IMG/VR virus record: IMGVR_UViG_3300042997_001733
Coordinates: 1 to 37,889 of that record
Strand: one strand, 5' to 3'
Length of the DNA stretch: 37,889 nt
Source of the DNA: a virus
Lineage: Duplodnaviria; Caudoviricetes
Within the stretch, counting starts at the first letter, position 1, and every line of letters starts with the position of its first letter. This document shows, piece by piece, positions 17,696-27,930 of this stretch. Under the pieces are notes generated by a model. It saw only the letters and a list, made by a program, of their open reading frames with translations, was not told the origin of the DNA and ran no database searches. The position numbers and the translations under genes were made by a program.

Positions 17696-17754
17696 ATTGG
17701 CCTCCTTGCGAGAAAGTGGGCGGGCACGGCTGCACCCGCCGGGGTGGCTGCCGG

Positions 17755-19053
17755 TTACGGCTTCCAGGTGACGCCGGTCAGGACCGAAACGGCGCGGTCA
17801 TAGCGCAACTGAGTGTCGTGCTCTTCGATCAGGCGGATAACCGTCTCATCGTTGGAAAACGCCGCCCGGATCGTGCCATTGTCGTCGTATGCGGCCTCGG
17901 TGGAAGCGGCCAAGGCGACCTGATAGGTGTCGCCGATCAGGAACTGGCTCCAGTCGCCGAAATACAGCTCCGATTCGTTGCCGCCGACGCCCAGATTGTC
18001 GGGAACCGAGGTGGTCTCGCCGATCTGGTAGCCCTTGAGCGTATTGTTGGCCTCGATCGAGGGATAGACGATGTTGCCGTTGCCATCGCGCAGATTGGCG
18101 AGGAATTCCTTGACCGTCGGCGACATGACCCAGCCACAGCTGAGCATCGGCAGGTTGGCGTTCTTCACCGCAAGGATCAAGCGCGACAGATCGGACGACA
18201 CGGTCAACAGATCCGGATCGGCCGTCATCGCCAGCACATTGCCCGCCGCCGCCAGATAGCGGGCACCCGTCGGTGCGCCGGCGGCCACGGCACCGCGCAG
18301 GAACTGCTGATCTTCCTTCACCGCCGCCGAAGACAGCAGATCGTCGCGAACCAGGTTGTCGACGCCAAAACTGGCGCGACGGATCAGTTGGTTGGTGATC
18401 GGCACCAGCGCCATCAGCTTCTTGGCGTTCATGGTCAGCTGGCCGACCTGCATGTCGGTGGTCGGCGCAGGGACACGCTCACCGACATAGCTGGCCTGCG
18501 TACCAGCGGTTTTCTTCCGCATGGTCAGGTTGCCATCGGGCATCGGCACCGACCGGGCGCCCAGGCGACGGATGACGACCTGCGGCCGCAACAGGTCGAT
18601 GAAATCACGGCTATAGTCGGTGTCGACCAGATAGCCGCCCTTGGTGTTGGTCGACTGTTCCATGTTGGCCACGATCTGGCCGGTTTCATCGCCCCAGACC
18701 TGCTGTGCATGGTTGGCCATGGCGCGCTGATCGTTGCCGCCGGTCGCGGCAATGGCCACGGCGATACGGCCGACCATCGCACCCGGCTCCAGCTTCTGCT
18801 TGACGGCGGCGGGAACGGTCGGGGCCGGACCGCCGAGAACGATCGGCGTTGCGGCCGACGCCTTGAGCGCCAGAATGCTTTCTTCGCGCTTGATCGAAGC
18901 CTGCAGGCCTTCGGCTTCCTTCTGCCAGGCGTCGAACTGCGTCTGCTCTTCGGCGGTCAGATCGCGATTGTCCTCGCTTGCCGCGAGTTCCAGCGCCCCA
19001 TCCATCGATGCGATGACGGCCGCCAGAGATGCTTTGAGTGCGGTAATCCGCAT
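17755..19053 (-). CDS. Major capsid protein, HK97 fold, with N-terminal delta/scaffold coiled coil
   Basis: GGYLV, YVGE and YFGDWS motifs; 432 aa; AAGGAG SD. Confidence 0.95.
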   Translation of the reverse strand: MRITALKASLAAVIASMDGALELAASEDNRDLTAEEQTQFDAWQKEAEGLQASIKREESILALKASAATPIVLGGPAPTVPAAVKQKLEPGAMVGRIAVAIAATGGNDQRAMANHAQQVWGDETGQIVANMEQSTNTKGGYLVDTDYSRDFIDLLRPQVVIRRLGARSVPMPDGNLTMRKKTAGTQASYVGERVPAPTTDMQVGQLTMNAKKLMALVPITNQLIRRASFGVDNLVRDDLLSSAAVKEDQQFLRGAVAAGAPTGARYLAAAGNVLAMTADPDLLTVSSDLSRLILAVKNANLPMLSCGWVMSPTVKEFLANLRDGNGNIVYPSIEANNTLKGYQIGETTSVPDNLGVGGNESELYFGDWSQFLIGDTYQVALAASTEAAYDDNGTIRAAFSNDETVIRLIEEHDTQLRYDRAVSVLTGVTWKP

Positions 19054-19071
19054 GACTGTCTCCTTGGGTTG

Positions 19072-20001
19072 TTACGAGCCGGCGCGCAGCAGCGCGACAG
19101 CGTTTCGGTTCGCCGCGGCCGTCCGCCGGGGCGCAGCCGGAGGGGCGCTGCGGGCAAGCCGGCGAATGGCCCCGTCAAGGCCTTCGGCCTCCACGCGATC
19201 CACCATGCCGACGGCCTTGGCGTCCTTCCCGGTCAGGGTGCCGCCCTTGCCGAAGTCGGCGCGGACGGTAGCTTCCGTGGTGCCGCGCCCTTTCGCGACG
19301 GCAGCGATGAAAACGGCTTCCAACGCATCGAGCGTGGGGCGCAGGGCGTCGCGGCCCTCTTCGGTCGACAGATCGGGGCGCTTGTTCGGCGCGCCGCTGC
19401 TGACGATGTCGATCGAGCGTCGCCCGGCAGCATCGGCATTTTCCTGAAAGCTGGTCGACATGCAGACGCCGATCGAACCGACGATGCCGGTCGGGTCGAG
19501 GCTGATACCGCCGGGTGCCTGACTGGCGATCCAGTAGGCTGCCGAGCAGCACTGGCCCGTCACATGCACGGATACCGGCTTGCTGATCGATGCGACCAGT
19601 TGGCCGAAATCATGGATGCCGGCGACGGCCCCGCCAGGACTGTCGATCGTCATCAGGATCGTGCGAACGTCCGAAGAGGCTTCCAGCGCGCGCAGATCCG
19701 CCGCCAACACGTCAATCGTGGTGGCGCCCGACGTCGAAAGGCCGCTGGCGCGTGGGAAGATCGGACCGAATACCGGCAGCGATCCGACACCATCGCGCAA
19801 CGCGGCGGTACGGGTTCCCGGCGCGCGTTCGCCCATTCGGGCGGATGCCGCTTCGAAACGCGCCTGGTGGCCGTCGCGCTCGACCTCGATCAGCATCGGA
19901 TGTTCGATCATGCGCAGGGCGACCGCTTCGATCGCATCCAGATAGGCAGGCATGATGGCCCATGGCTGCGATCGGATCGCGGCCAGAATATGCTGGTTCA
20001 T
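19072..20001 (-). CDS. Prohead protease, S49 (SppA/ClpP-like) family
   Basis: IDSPGG, CCSAAYWIAS and VGSIGV motifs. Confidence 0.92.
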   Translation of the reverse strand: MNQHILAAIRSQPWAIMPAYLDAIEAVALRMIEHPMLIEVERDGHQARFEAASARMGERAPGTRTAALRDGVGSLPVFGPIFPRASGLSTSGATTIDVLAADLRALEASSDVRTILMTIDSPGGAVAGIHDFGQLVASISKPVSVHVTGQCCSAAYWIASQAPGGISLDPTGIVGSIGVCMSTSFQENADAAGRRSIDIVSSGAPNKRPDLSTEEGRDALRPTLDALEAVFIAAVAKGRGTTEATVRADFGKGGTLTGKDAKAVGMVDRVEAEGLDGAIRRLARSAPPAAPRRTAAANRNAVALLRAGS

Positions 20002-21320
20002 TCGTCCTCCGACGTCTCTGGAGTGGGGGCAGGTGGGCGGTGATCGACGGGAGGCCGTTCCTGCCCCTCGACCTGCGAACCGGAGCCGAGGCGATAATCT
20101 TCGCCGCCGGGCCGATCGTTCATATTCTCTTTGCGCCGGATCTCGTTGGGGTTGAGGATGCCCTTGTCGACCGCGATGGCGTAGGCCTCATACCGGCTCT
20201 TGATATCGCCCTTCAGCAGCGCTTCGGGCAGGAACTCATAGAAGCAACCCGGCTCCGCAAATTGATGGGTCATGTGGGCAGCGGCGCGGCCGAAATGGCC
20301 CATCATCGTGTACAGGTATAGCTCCAGGCTCTGCTGTTCGATGTTGGAGAAGGTGGCGCGGCTCAGCTCGAACAGGACATGCGGCGGAACACCGAACGCG
20401 CGGGCCGCTTCAACCACGCTGAAGCTGCGAGCCTCAATGAATTGCGACGCTTTGTTGTCGTGCGACAGGAACTTGGCGTCCATCTCCTGATCCAGCACCG
20501 CGACGCCGGCGGCGTTGCGAGGACCAGAAAACCGGGCCTGCCAGTCCGACTTGATCTTACCCTTTTCCTCCCGGTCGATCTTCGACTTGGTGGTCAGGAT
20601 GGTCGAAGGCTGGGCATTATTGTCCCAGAAGCGCCGGGCAAATTCGCTGGTTGCTGCCGCGCCTTCGATTGCATCGGCCAACAATTTGAGCCGATCGACC
20701 CCGACCAGTCCATCCCGGCTGAAGCCAGGCACGAACCAGATATCGTTTCGGGTCAGACGCTCGCGCGACCCATCGGGGAGGCTGGCATCATAGAACATTT
20801 CCAGCCCGCTTTCCCGGTCCCAATGCTGGACCGGTGCGATGCCATCGGGCTGGAGGCGGCTGAGCGCATTGGGGCGATAGAGGGCGTCCCGATGGATATA
20901 GGAGCCGAACTTCCCCCGCATCAGCAGGTCGCCCAGCATCAGTTCCTTCAGCAGGAAGGCGGGCTGGACCGCGTTGGCGCTGGTCGAGAACATCAGCGCT
21001 TGGGGCGCATCGTTGACCCGTTCCTTGCCGCCCTCGGTGTTCCGATAATAGTGGCACGGCGTCATGGCAAAGAGGCCGCACAGCACTTCCAGCGCGCGCA
21101 GCACGGACGTCAGCGACATGGCCCGGCTCTCGCCCATCGGCGCGCCCGATCCATTGGCGCCCAGCAGGTTCATCACGGTGAAGCCGCCCGCGTCGTTCAT
21201 GCCATCGGTTGCCGCGACCGGCCCGCTGGTGAAGCGCGGGCCATCGCCCTGTTCGATTACTGGCGCGTCGGACGCGCGAAACGCCCGCGCAGCCGCACGG
21301 GCGCGATCCATCAATCCCAT
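19998..21320 (-). CDS. Portal protein, HK97 family
   Basis: ARAFGVPPH, ATFSNIEQ and GILNPNEIR motifs. Confidence 0.95.
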   Translation of the reverse strand: MGLMDRARAAARAFRASDAPVIEQGDGPRFTSGPVAATDGMNDAGGFTVMNLLGANGSGAPMGESRAMSLTSVLRALEVLCGLFAMTPCHYYRNTEGGKERVNDAPQALMFSTSANAVQPAFLLKELMLGDLLMRGKFGSYIHRDALYRPNALSRLQPDGIAPVQHWDRESGLEMFYDASLPDGSRERLTRNDIWFVPGFSRDGLVGVDRLKLLADAIEGAAATSEFARRFWDNNAQPSTILTTKSKIDREEKGKIKSDWQARFSGPRNAAGVAVLDQEMDAKFLSHDNKASQFIEARSFSVVEAARAFGVPPHVLFELSRATFSNIEQQSLELYLYTMMGHFGRAAAHMTHQFAEPGCFYEFLPEALLKGDIKSRYEAYAIAVDKGILNPNEIRRKENMNDRPGGEDYRLGSGSQVEGQERPPVDHRPPAPTPETSEDE

Positions 21321-21324
21321 GCGG

Positions 21325-23094
21325 TTAGATCCCTGTATATTCGAAGCTGCCGGTCGCGACCGGGTTCAGCTCCAGCAATTTGAAGGCGTTGAAGGCTGCA
21401 ATGAGGGGGTCGATCTTCGCCGTCCCTGCCGCGTCCTTCACGATCATGACCGTCGAACGGCCCTTTTCCTCTTTGGCGTTGCCGACGCACCAATCCATCA
21501 TCCGCGATCCGTTATGGACCGCGCCGCCGAACTTGAGCTTACGGGCAAGGCCCACGACCGCCGACATCAGGCGATAGCCTTGCCCGACCGCCTGCACCGG
21601 ATTGCCCGCGCCGCCCGCCTCCAGCTCGATATCGGCCAGTTCATCGACCAGATCGGACACCCCGTGCGGATCGAGCCCGATTGCAGATTGCTCCGGGAAG
21701 AGGCCGCTGGCCTTCACCTGGTCGATGATCTCGACAATCTCGCGAATGTCCTGAGGAACGACATAATCTTGCGGATCGACGTCGAGGCCGCTGCCGACAT
21801 CTGCGGCCTCGCACAGCACAAGGTCGCCGTCCTCCATGAAGTCCTTCAGCACGCTTTCCAGCGACTTGCGACGTTTCAATACGTCAGGCCATGCCCATGC
21901 CTTGAACCAGAACAGCCAGCGCCCGGTCACCTTTTCCCGGCCCGCAACGCACAGGCCATACAGATCGTCCAGGCCGCCCCCATCGACGCCGACCACCGCA
22001 ACTTCGCAGCGCTCCAGCAGGCTTTCCAGCGTCAGCGTCTTGTCGGCCGCCGCCTCCCAATAGTCGGCACCACGCCACCGATCGCGGCGAAGGCGCAAGC
22101 CGATCTCGACATTGAGATATTTGGCCAGCACGATCTGGATGCTGCCGGTGTCGCCGTCATCGTCCAGCTCGCCGCCCGCCGCCTTCTTGAGCTTGCCGGC
22201 GATGTATGTTTCCGACACCGACCGCCCCATGTTCGGGTTGGTGACGTAGAAATTCTCGGGCTGCAGATAGGCCTGCGCCTCAATCATGGCTTCGGGCCAT
22301 TCATACAGCATGCCGAAAACGTGCGGATCGTCGATCGTGCCGTCGCGGACGCCCCGGAAATAGTCCAACTTATCCTTGAACACGCCGGCGGGCGGTTCGT
22401 CACTATGCGTCGTCAGATAGACGACAAACCCTTCGGGCCGCGATGCAAGGCCGCCGGTGGCTTCCTCCAACATCGCTTCGGCGTTGGCGCGCTTGCCGAA
22501 CAGCCATAGTTCGTCGACCAGCACAAAACCGGCCTTCTTGCCGCCGACGATTTCCGCGTCAGCGGCGACCACCATCAACTCGGCACCTGTCACCAGATGC
22601 TTGATCGTCCGCTGGTGATCGATCGGCTTCAATATCTGCGACAGTTCGGACGATGCCCGCACCATCGCCGCCGCCGGCTTGAAGCTGTTCTGAGCGATTT
22701 CCTTGGTCGGCGCCAGGATCAGCAGTTCGGCCAGGTCGCGCCAGTTGAGGATCAGCGCCGTGATCATGATCCCGGCAGCGATCGTCGACTTGCCGTTCTT
22801 CTTGCTGATCAGCAGCATGAACTCGCTGATCAGGCGCTCGCCCGTATCAGCATCGTAGGCGCCGAAGATAGCGCGCACGAAGTCAAACACGAACTCTTCG
22901 CATGCCTCGCCGAACGTCGGCTTGCGCGGCACGTCGACCATGCGCAGAGACTTGAAAATCTCCACGGCCTTGTCCGCCTGGTCAGGAAAGAGAGGGTCGA
23001 ATGGCACCAGCGAGCGGCGCCCGACGATCCTGTCTTCCCAATCGGGGCACGCCGTCGACCAGCGACGCTCCAAATGCTCCGACGTCAGTGCCAT
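21325..23094 (-). CDS. terL: Terminase large subunit
   Basis: Walker A SKKNGKST, Walker B FVLVDE, nuclease GVDGGGLDD and KIDPLIA motifs. Confidence 0.95.
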   Translation of the reverse strand: MALTSEHLERRWSTACPDWEDRIVGRRSLVPFDPLFPDQADKAVEIFKSLRMVDVPRKPTFGEACEEFVFDFVRAIFGAYDADTGERLISEFMLLISKKNGKSTIAAGIMITALILNWRDLAELLILAPTKEIAQNSFKPAAAMVRASSELSQILKPIDHQRTIKHLVTGAELMVVAADAEIVGGKKAGFVLVDELWLFGKRANAEAMLEEATGGLASRPEGFVVYLTTHSDEPPAGVFKDKLDYFRGVRDGTIDDPHVFGMLYEWPEAMIEAQAYLQPENFYVTNPNMGRSVSETYIAGKLKKAAGGELDDDGDTGSIQIVLAKYLNVEIGLRLRRDRWRGADYWEAAADKTLTLESLLERCEVAVVGVDGGGLDDLYGLCVAGREKVTGRWLFWFKAWAWPDVLKRRKSLESVLKDFMEDGDLVLCEAADVGSGLDVDPQDYVVPQDIREIVEIIDQVKASGLFPEQSAIGLDPHGVSDLVDELADIELEAGGAGNPVQAVGQGYRLMSAVVGLARKLKFGGAVHNGSRMMDWCVGNAKEEKGRSTVMIVKDAAGTAKIDPLIAAFNAFKLLELNPVATGSFEYTGI

Positions 23095-23097
23095 CGG

Positions 23098-23571
23098 TCA
23101 GTTCAACCGGGTCGGCGGCGCGGGCGGCTCATAAAGTCCCCGCACATCTTGGGCCTGCACCTTTGCTGCTTCCTTCTTGCCCAGCTTCGGGGCGGCTGCC
23201 TTGGTCGGCGCCGGCGCCAGCTGCTGCTGCTGATCGCGCTGGCGCAACCGGTCGAGCTGCTTGATCAACTCCTTCTCGGCGGCGACGTTGCCGGCCACGG
23301 CCTGGTCATTGAGGCGGCTCAGCTGGACCATCTCCATCCGTAGGCGCGCCTCCGACCGTTTCCCGACCTCGGAAAAATAAACCTTGCGCAACGTCGGCGC
23401 GGACATCCCGACCGCCGATGCCGCCTGTTTGACCGTCAGCCCGCGCGCGAATGCCAACAGCACCCTGTTCGACGTTTCGCGGTTCCAGACGATCTCGGGC
23501 CTTCCACGGCCCTCACGGCTCGGCAGGACAGGGTCGCCGAACAAGTCAGTCCCCAAAATCTCACCAGCCAA
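23098..23571 (-). CDS. terS: Terminase small subunit (HTH)
   Basis: Directly upstream of terL; GRP plus HTH (AASAVGMSAPTLRKVY); LGKKE motif; TTG start at 23571 inferred from a GGAG SD. Confidence 0.78.
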   Translation of the reverse strand: MAGEILGTDLFGDPVLPSREGRGRPEIVWNRETSNRVLLAFARGLTVKQAASAVGMSAPTLRKVYFSEVGKRSEARLRMEMVQLSRLNDQAVAGNVAAEKELIKQLDRLRQRDQQQQLAPAPTKAAAPKLGKKEAAKVQAQDVRGLYEPPAPPTRLN

Positions 23572-23574
23572 GAA

Positions 23575-23645
23575 AAAAATCTCCGAATGAGACGGGATGC
23601 GGTGCAGGGTGGCGCCGCCCGTCAGACTTTTGACCCACCCCCCCA
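23575..23645. other. Probable cos packaging site region
   Basis: Between HNH and terS, with a G-run and a T-run flanking (- strand GGGGGGTGGGTCAAAAG...GAGATTTTTTT) as in HK97-like 3' cos phages; exact cut site not determinable. Confidence 0.5.
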
Positions 23646-23960
23646 CGTCTCGCCGCGCGCCCGAGCGGCCCGCGCCTTCGCTGTCTTCTGTGCATGGTGG
23701 CCCGCGCACAGCAGTTCGATGTTGCCCGCGTCCAGATCGGCGCCGCCGTCCTTCCGCTCGACAATGTGATCAGCGATCACGCGATTGGTGGGCGTGGTGC
23801 AGCCGGCCCGCTCGCAGCGGTTGCCGCGCACGCGCTTGATGTCCTTCACCAGCTCGCGCCAAGCGCCCGACTGGTAGAACCCTTCGGCTACCTTGGGCGC
23901 AGCCTTCACCTTGGCCGGCAGCGCGCCGAGGCGCGAACCGATCGACTTGAGCTTCCCCAT
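23622..23960 (-). CDS. HNH endonuclease (terminase-associated, HK97 gp74-like)
   Basis: CERAGC...ADHIVERKDGG...NIELLCAGHHAQKT motif; directly upstream of terS. Confidence 0.92.
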   Translation of the reverse strand: MGKLKSIGSRLGALPAKVKAAPKVAEGFYQSGAWRELVKDIKRVRGNRCERAGCTTPTNRVIADHIVERKDGGADLDAGNIELLCAGHHAQKTAKARAARARGETWGGGSKV

Positions 23961-23972
23961 GAACAGCGTCCG

Positions 23973-24016
23973 AAACGACAGCGCCCCGCCGGGCAAGGGG
24001 CCAGGCGGGGCGCTGT
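23973..24016 (-). terminator. Strong hairpin in the late-operon leader (tR'-like attenuator candidate)
   Basis: Perfect 13-bp stem ACAGCGCCCCGCC / GGCGGGGCGCTGT followed by CGTTT; weak U-tract. Confidence 0.5.
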
Positions 24017-24141
24017 AGGAGGAGAGGGCGCTGGCGTCGCACATAGGCCCGCCACCAGCGTATCTATGGATTAGCCGATTTCGGCCCGGAGGTGGACAAA
24101 CAATATTTGCATCACGCAACATTCTACCCCTTGCACCATGT

Positions 24142-24636
24142 CTATGCGCGCATTTCTGCGGCATTCAGCCTGTCGCAGATCACGGTTAGCGCCCGCGAGT
24201 AGCGCTTGCGCAGACCGTGAGCGCCATGCTTGACGCCCAATGGCTTGAGCAGCTTCGTCCAGGGCACCGACTTGCGGCCCGCCGCCAGATTGCGCAGAGC
24301 CATCCCGACCAGGCGCCGGTCCTCCGCCGACGGGATCAGCAGCAGCCAGCCCAACGCTTCGTTCATGCGCTCGATCTGGTCGGCCGTCAGAGGCACCCGG
24401 CGCAGCGGCTTGTCCTCATGCGCGTCCCAATCCCACCAATCCTTGACGATCAGGTGCCACGGCCCGTCACTGGCGAATGGCCATGCGCCACCCTTGGGCA
24501 GGCGGTTCATGAACTCGACCGCCTCCACCAGGCGCGCTTCCAGCCTGTCGAAGTCCCAGAAGTCGGCCGTAAGGATGCCCGCTTCCACCATGGCTGCGGT
24601 GGAAGGAGTTAGCCACCGCCGTTCGCTACCTTTCAT
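24142..24636 (-). CDS. Putative late transcription regulator (DUF6362-like, at the lambda Q position); start may be 24591
   Basis: RLVEAV...LP...WP...IERMNEALGWL...DRRLV pattern with C-terminal HTH-like segment; last gene before the late operon. Confidence 0.65.
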   Translation of the reverse strand: MKGSERRWLTPSTAAMVEAGILTADFWDFDRLEARLVEAVEFMNRLPKGGAWPFASDGPWHLIVKDWWDWDAHEDKPLRRVPLTADQIERMNEALGWLLLIPSAEDRRLVGMALRNLAAGRKSVPWTKLLKPLGVKHGAHGLRKRYSRALTVICDRLNAAEMRA

Positions 24637-24876
24637 GATCCGATATTCCTCAATGATTGCATATGGTTATGGATATTGGACAGGATGAATTTGGAAAGAT
24701 GGAAGGACATGGAAGGATAAATAGGGGTCGTATCGCGCACACATGCGCGCATGTGCATGTATGTGGGGCGCACCTCTGATCCTCTCTCCACTCCTTCCAA
24801 ACCCGCAGAAAACCACGCCTCGCGCTCCTTCCGATGCTTCCAAATCGCTCCTTCCGTGGAAGGACTATTCCTTCCA
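24599..24876. repeat. Putative replication origin: convergent (T)GGAAGG iterons around a 16-bp palindrome
   Basis: TGGAAGG at 24600, 24700, 24710 and 24857; CCTTCC at 24793, 24827, 24850 and 24870; CACATGCGCGCATGTG at 24740-24755. Confidence 0.6.
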
Positions 24877-24880
24877 ATCG

Positions 24881-27634
24881 TCAGAAGGGCGGGGTGGTAT
24901 CGTCGGGATCATCCACCGGCGCCGCAGGCGATGAGGGTTCGGGAGGCGGATCGGCAGCCTTGTCCTGCGACCCGAAGCGCCCAGCCTTGATGTCGGCCAC
25001 CTCCACGGTCGCTTCGATGTCGAGCCACCAGACGCCGTTTGACGTCTTCCGCTCATAGCCGCGATCCTCCATGGCCTTGGCGAAGCCCTGCGCTGACCAT
25101 TCGGCCGCACCGCTCTCGCGCACCCATTCGTTGAAGATTTCCAGCAGCTCGGACGATCGCGTTCGCGCGCCGTCCTTGTCGGCCGTACAGTCGCGCAGGA
25201 ACTTGCCCAGCTGGTCGCTGGCCTCGCGATACTTCTGCGTCGCCGCCTTGACGTTGGCGGACTCCGTCAGCCCGTTCATTTTCAGGTCCAACAGGCCATC
25301 CATCATCCGGTTGAGGACACCGGAGGCCTCCGCTTTCAGCTTGTCCGGCAGACGGATATCGATTTCGCTGTCAGGGATGCGCACCGTCCACGGCACCAGG
25401 CGCACACGGCCCCAGATACCATCATCATGACCCGTGATCTTGGGCTTATAGTTGCCCTGCGCTGTCAGCTTGAACGACGGCAGGAATGAGAAGAAGCCCT
25501 TGTTCAGATGCCGCGCCTGAATAGCCTCGCCACCGGTGACTTCCTTGATCAGCGCTTCGGCCAGCTTCGCGCCCTTTTCAGGCTCAGACGTGCGCAGGAA
25601 GCGAACGCCGGGCAGCTGGGCAAGATCAGGCGTAGCATCGGAGCCCTTCCGCTTGTTCGACTGCTCAAGGAACGTGTCGAATTTGATGACCTGCGAATAG
25701 TCGCCTAGAATATAGGCAATAAGGTCAGTCCATGTTGACTTGCCGTTGCGGCCCATGCCGTAGAAGAACGCCATCTTGTGATAGCCGATATCACCGGTGG
25801 AACTAAGGCCGGCCCATTGATGCAGAAAGCGTCTGTCATCAGGATCGGGCATGACGCGCTCAAAGAAGCCGTCATAATTTGGCGCCTTCGCATCGGGATC
25901 ATAGACGACGTCCGCCATCTTCGTGATCAGGTCTTCGCGATTGTGCGGGAACAGCCGCACGGTCAGCATATTGCCGTTATTGACGATGCGCAGCGTGCCA
26001 TTCTTGACGTTTAGCGCCATGCGGTCGTGATCGAGCTGCTTGGCATCGATCGCGATTTCGCCGAATGATTTCGCCAGGGCGGCAACCGCGCCGATGCGTG
26101 ATGCGCCTTCGCTGGACTTGGCATGCGCCGCGATCGTATCGGAAAACAGGGTGACGCCCTGCTTGGTGGCTTTCACGACGAAATCCAGCGCCGCGCGCCT
26201 TTCCTCATCCGTGGCGTCGACCGGCAGATCATCCTTGCACCCGCTCATCTCCACCAGCTCGGCTTCATTGCGAATGGCGCGGATCGTCTGGAACACGGCG
26301 AACATCACCTCGCCGGGCGTCTTGTCCTTTTCCTCCGTCAGCAGCGCCCAGCGCCGGCCGTCCCAACGGAACCAGCCCAGCTCGCGACAGAAACGGAACA
26401 GATGACCAAAGCGCGCCTTGAACCGCTCGGCATTGCCCAGATCCGTCAGGGGGAGGAACGCGCACGCCCGGTCCCGATCAGGGTCGGGGTCCATGCCGAT
26501 CCGCTTGGGCACGCCCCCTGACCCCCGCTGATCAACCGGCGCGTCTTCCTCCATATGGAAGGATGACAATCCATAGTCCTCAAGAGAGGGTCCGGGAGCG
26601 GAAGGAGCGGAAGGAGTTTCGCCCGCCCCCGCGCGGAAGGAGGCGCCGCCGGCGGAGTAGCGCGCGCGACGGTCGGCCCGCTCCTGTGCAGCGGCCGCGA
26701 CCTCTCCGAGGTCGCGAGGTTTTTCTAAACCTGCTGTCCAGCCGCTCTCGATCGTCGCTTGCAGCTGCGCATCATCGTCGCGTCCGGGGTTGCGTCGCGC
26801 ACTATCCTCGATCGCCGCCCGCGCCACCGCCTCGCGCAGGGCGCCGGCAGCGACCAGCGTGGCGATCTGGAACGCGCTTTTGTTCAGCTGGGGATTGCGG
26901 CTGCCCGACGCGGCCGTCTCAATCAGGCGGCATTCCGCCTCCAGCGCAGACAGGGCGTACCGGCGCAGATGGTCGTCGACATCACCATCGGCCGCCGGTG
27001 CCGGCCGCCGGGGCGGGGCGGGGGTGTCGGCCTTGGGCTGCTTGCGCAATATGGCGATCAGCGCGTCGGGCGCCTCGACCACTTCCGCATCGGCATCGCC
27101 CCGCAGCCAGCGATAACTGACGCCATTGGCGTTGATGCTGGGCGGCGCGATGACATAGCCGCCATCGCCGCGCACATCGATATGCTCGGGCAGGCTGCCA
27201 CTGTTGCGGATCTCCGCGCCGCCATCGTCCGGCCAGGTCAGCCAGACATGGACGCCGCCCGATGGCGTGCGCGACGACAGCGACACCGGCAGCGCCACGC
27301 CCATCTGCTCTTCCAGCTCATCCTTCAGCCGCTCAAGCGTCCATTCTTCGCCCGTGTCATCATCGTGGCGCGGATCGAAGTCGAGGACGAACAGGCGGCC
27401 AAAACCGGTGCGCAGGCCGATCATCGCCTTGGGCCAGCGCGCCCACCATTCCCCGATCGTCTCGCTGTCCAGGGTGGCCTTGCTCAGCCCGCCGGTGCCG
27501 TTGATCGGCTTGCCCTTCTCATCCTTGTCGCGCGGGATCAGCGGCTTTTTCGTGCGGGGATTGCAGGGGAACACGGGCCAGCCGCGCGCCGCATAGTCCA
27601 GCGCGGCTACCAGATACGGATTGATTGAAGACAC
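24881..27634 (-). CDS. Bifunctional Prim-Pol primase fused to a P4/D5-family SF3 helicase
   Basis: GWPVFPC, VLDFD, TPSGGVH and IDVRGDGGYVIAPPS (Prim-Pol); TDLGNAERF, GRNGKST and VTGGE (D5/SF3). Confidence 0.93.
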   Translation of the reverse strand: MSSINPYLVAALDYAARGWPVFPCNPRTKKPLIPRDKDEKGKPINGTGGLSKATLDSETIGEWWARWPKAMIGLRTGFGRLFVLDFDPRHDDDTGEEWTLERLKDELEEQMGVALPVSLSSRTPSGGVHVWLTWPDDGGAEIRNSGSLPEHIDVRGDGGYVIAPPSINANGVSYRWLRGDADAEVVEAPDALIAILRKQPKADTPAPPRRPAPAADGDVDDHLRRYALSALEAECRLIETAASGSRNPQLNKSAFQIATLVAAGALREAVARAAIEDSARRNPGRDDDAQLQATIESGWTAGLEKPRDLGEVAAAAQERADRRARYSAGGASFRAGAGETPSAPSAPGPSLEDYGLSSFHMEEDAPVDQRGSGGVPKRIGMDPDPDRDRACAFLPLTDLGNAERFKARFGHLFRFCRELGWFRWDGRRWALLTEEKDKTPGEVMFAVFQTIRAIRNEAELVEMSGCKDDLPVDATDEERRAALDFVVKATKQGVTLFSDTIAAHAKSSEGASRIGAVAALAKSFGEIAIDAKQLDHDRMALNVKNGTLRIVNNGNMLTVRLFPHNREDLITKMADVVYDPDAKAPNYDGFFERVMPDPDDRRFLHQWAGLSSTGDIGYHKMAFFYGMGRNGKSTWTDLIAYILGDYSQVIKFDTFLEQSNKRKGSDATPDLAQLPGVRFLRTSEPEKGAKLAEALIKEVTGGEAIQARHLNKGFFSFLPSFKLTAQGNYKPKITGHDDGIWGRVRLVPWTVRIPDSEIDIRLPDKLKAEASGVLNRMMDGLLDLKMNGLTESANVKAATQKYREASDQLGKFLRDCTADKDGARTRSSELLEIFNEWVRESGAAEWSAQGFAKAMEDRGYERKTSNGVWWLDIEATVEVADIKAGRFGSQDKAADPPPEPSSPAAPVDDPDDTTPPF

Positions 27635-27695
27635 GAAACCCCACCCCGAAAATCAGGCAAACAGGAAAACAACAATGAAAGGGAGATGAAGGCGA

Positions 27696-27920
27696 CTAGA
27701 ACGGAACGTCGTCGTCATAATTCCTGACGCGCACGTCGATATGACGCAGCATCGATTTCACGGCCTGCAAAGTAGTGATCTGGCTGTCCAGCACGCGGTC
27801 GAGGATCTGCACGACATTTGAGCGCTCCTCCTCCTTGTTCATCAGATAGCGACACAAATTGCGCTCGGCTTCCAGCATGTGCTGCAGCGCCGCGTTCGTC
27901 GGCTTCTTCGCTCGGTTCAT
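27696..27920 (-). CDS. 74-aa helical protein ending in an SSB-like tail DDDVPF
   Basis: GAGGAG SD before ATG at 27920; fills the gap between ssb and primase. Confidence 0.7.
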   Translation of the reverse strand: MNRAKKPTNAALQHMLEAERNLCRYLMNKEEERSNVVQILDRVLDSQITTLQAVKSMLRHIDVRVRNYDDDVPF

Positions 27921-27930
27921 GATAGGCTCC

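Noticed and set aside
17716-20043. Long + strand ORFs antisense to structural genes (775 aa here; also 6371-7858, 8332-9780, 20379-21383, 21064-22509)
   Set aside because: Shadow ORFs of GC-rich genes with clear - strand phage motifs; no SD and no recognisable domains
24599-24876. Repeats considered as a CRISPR array; 75-aa ORF 24650-24877 considered as a gene
   Set aside because: Repeats are 6-7 bp, irregularly spaced and in both orientations, with no cas genes; the ORF looks like a by-product of the repeats
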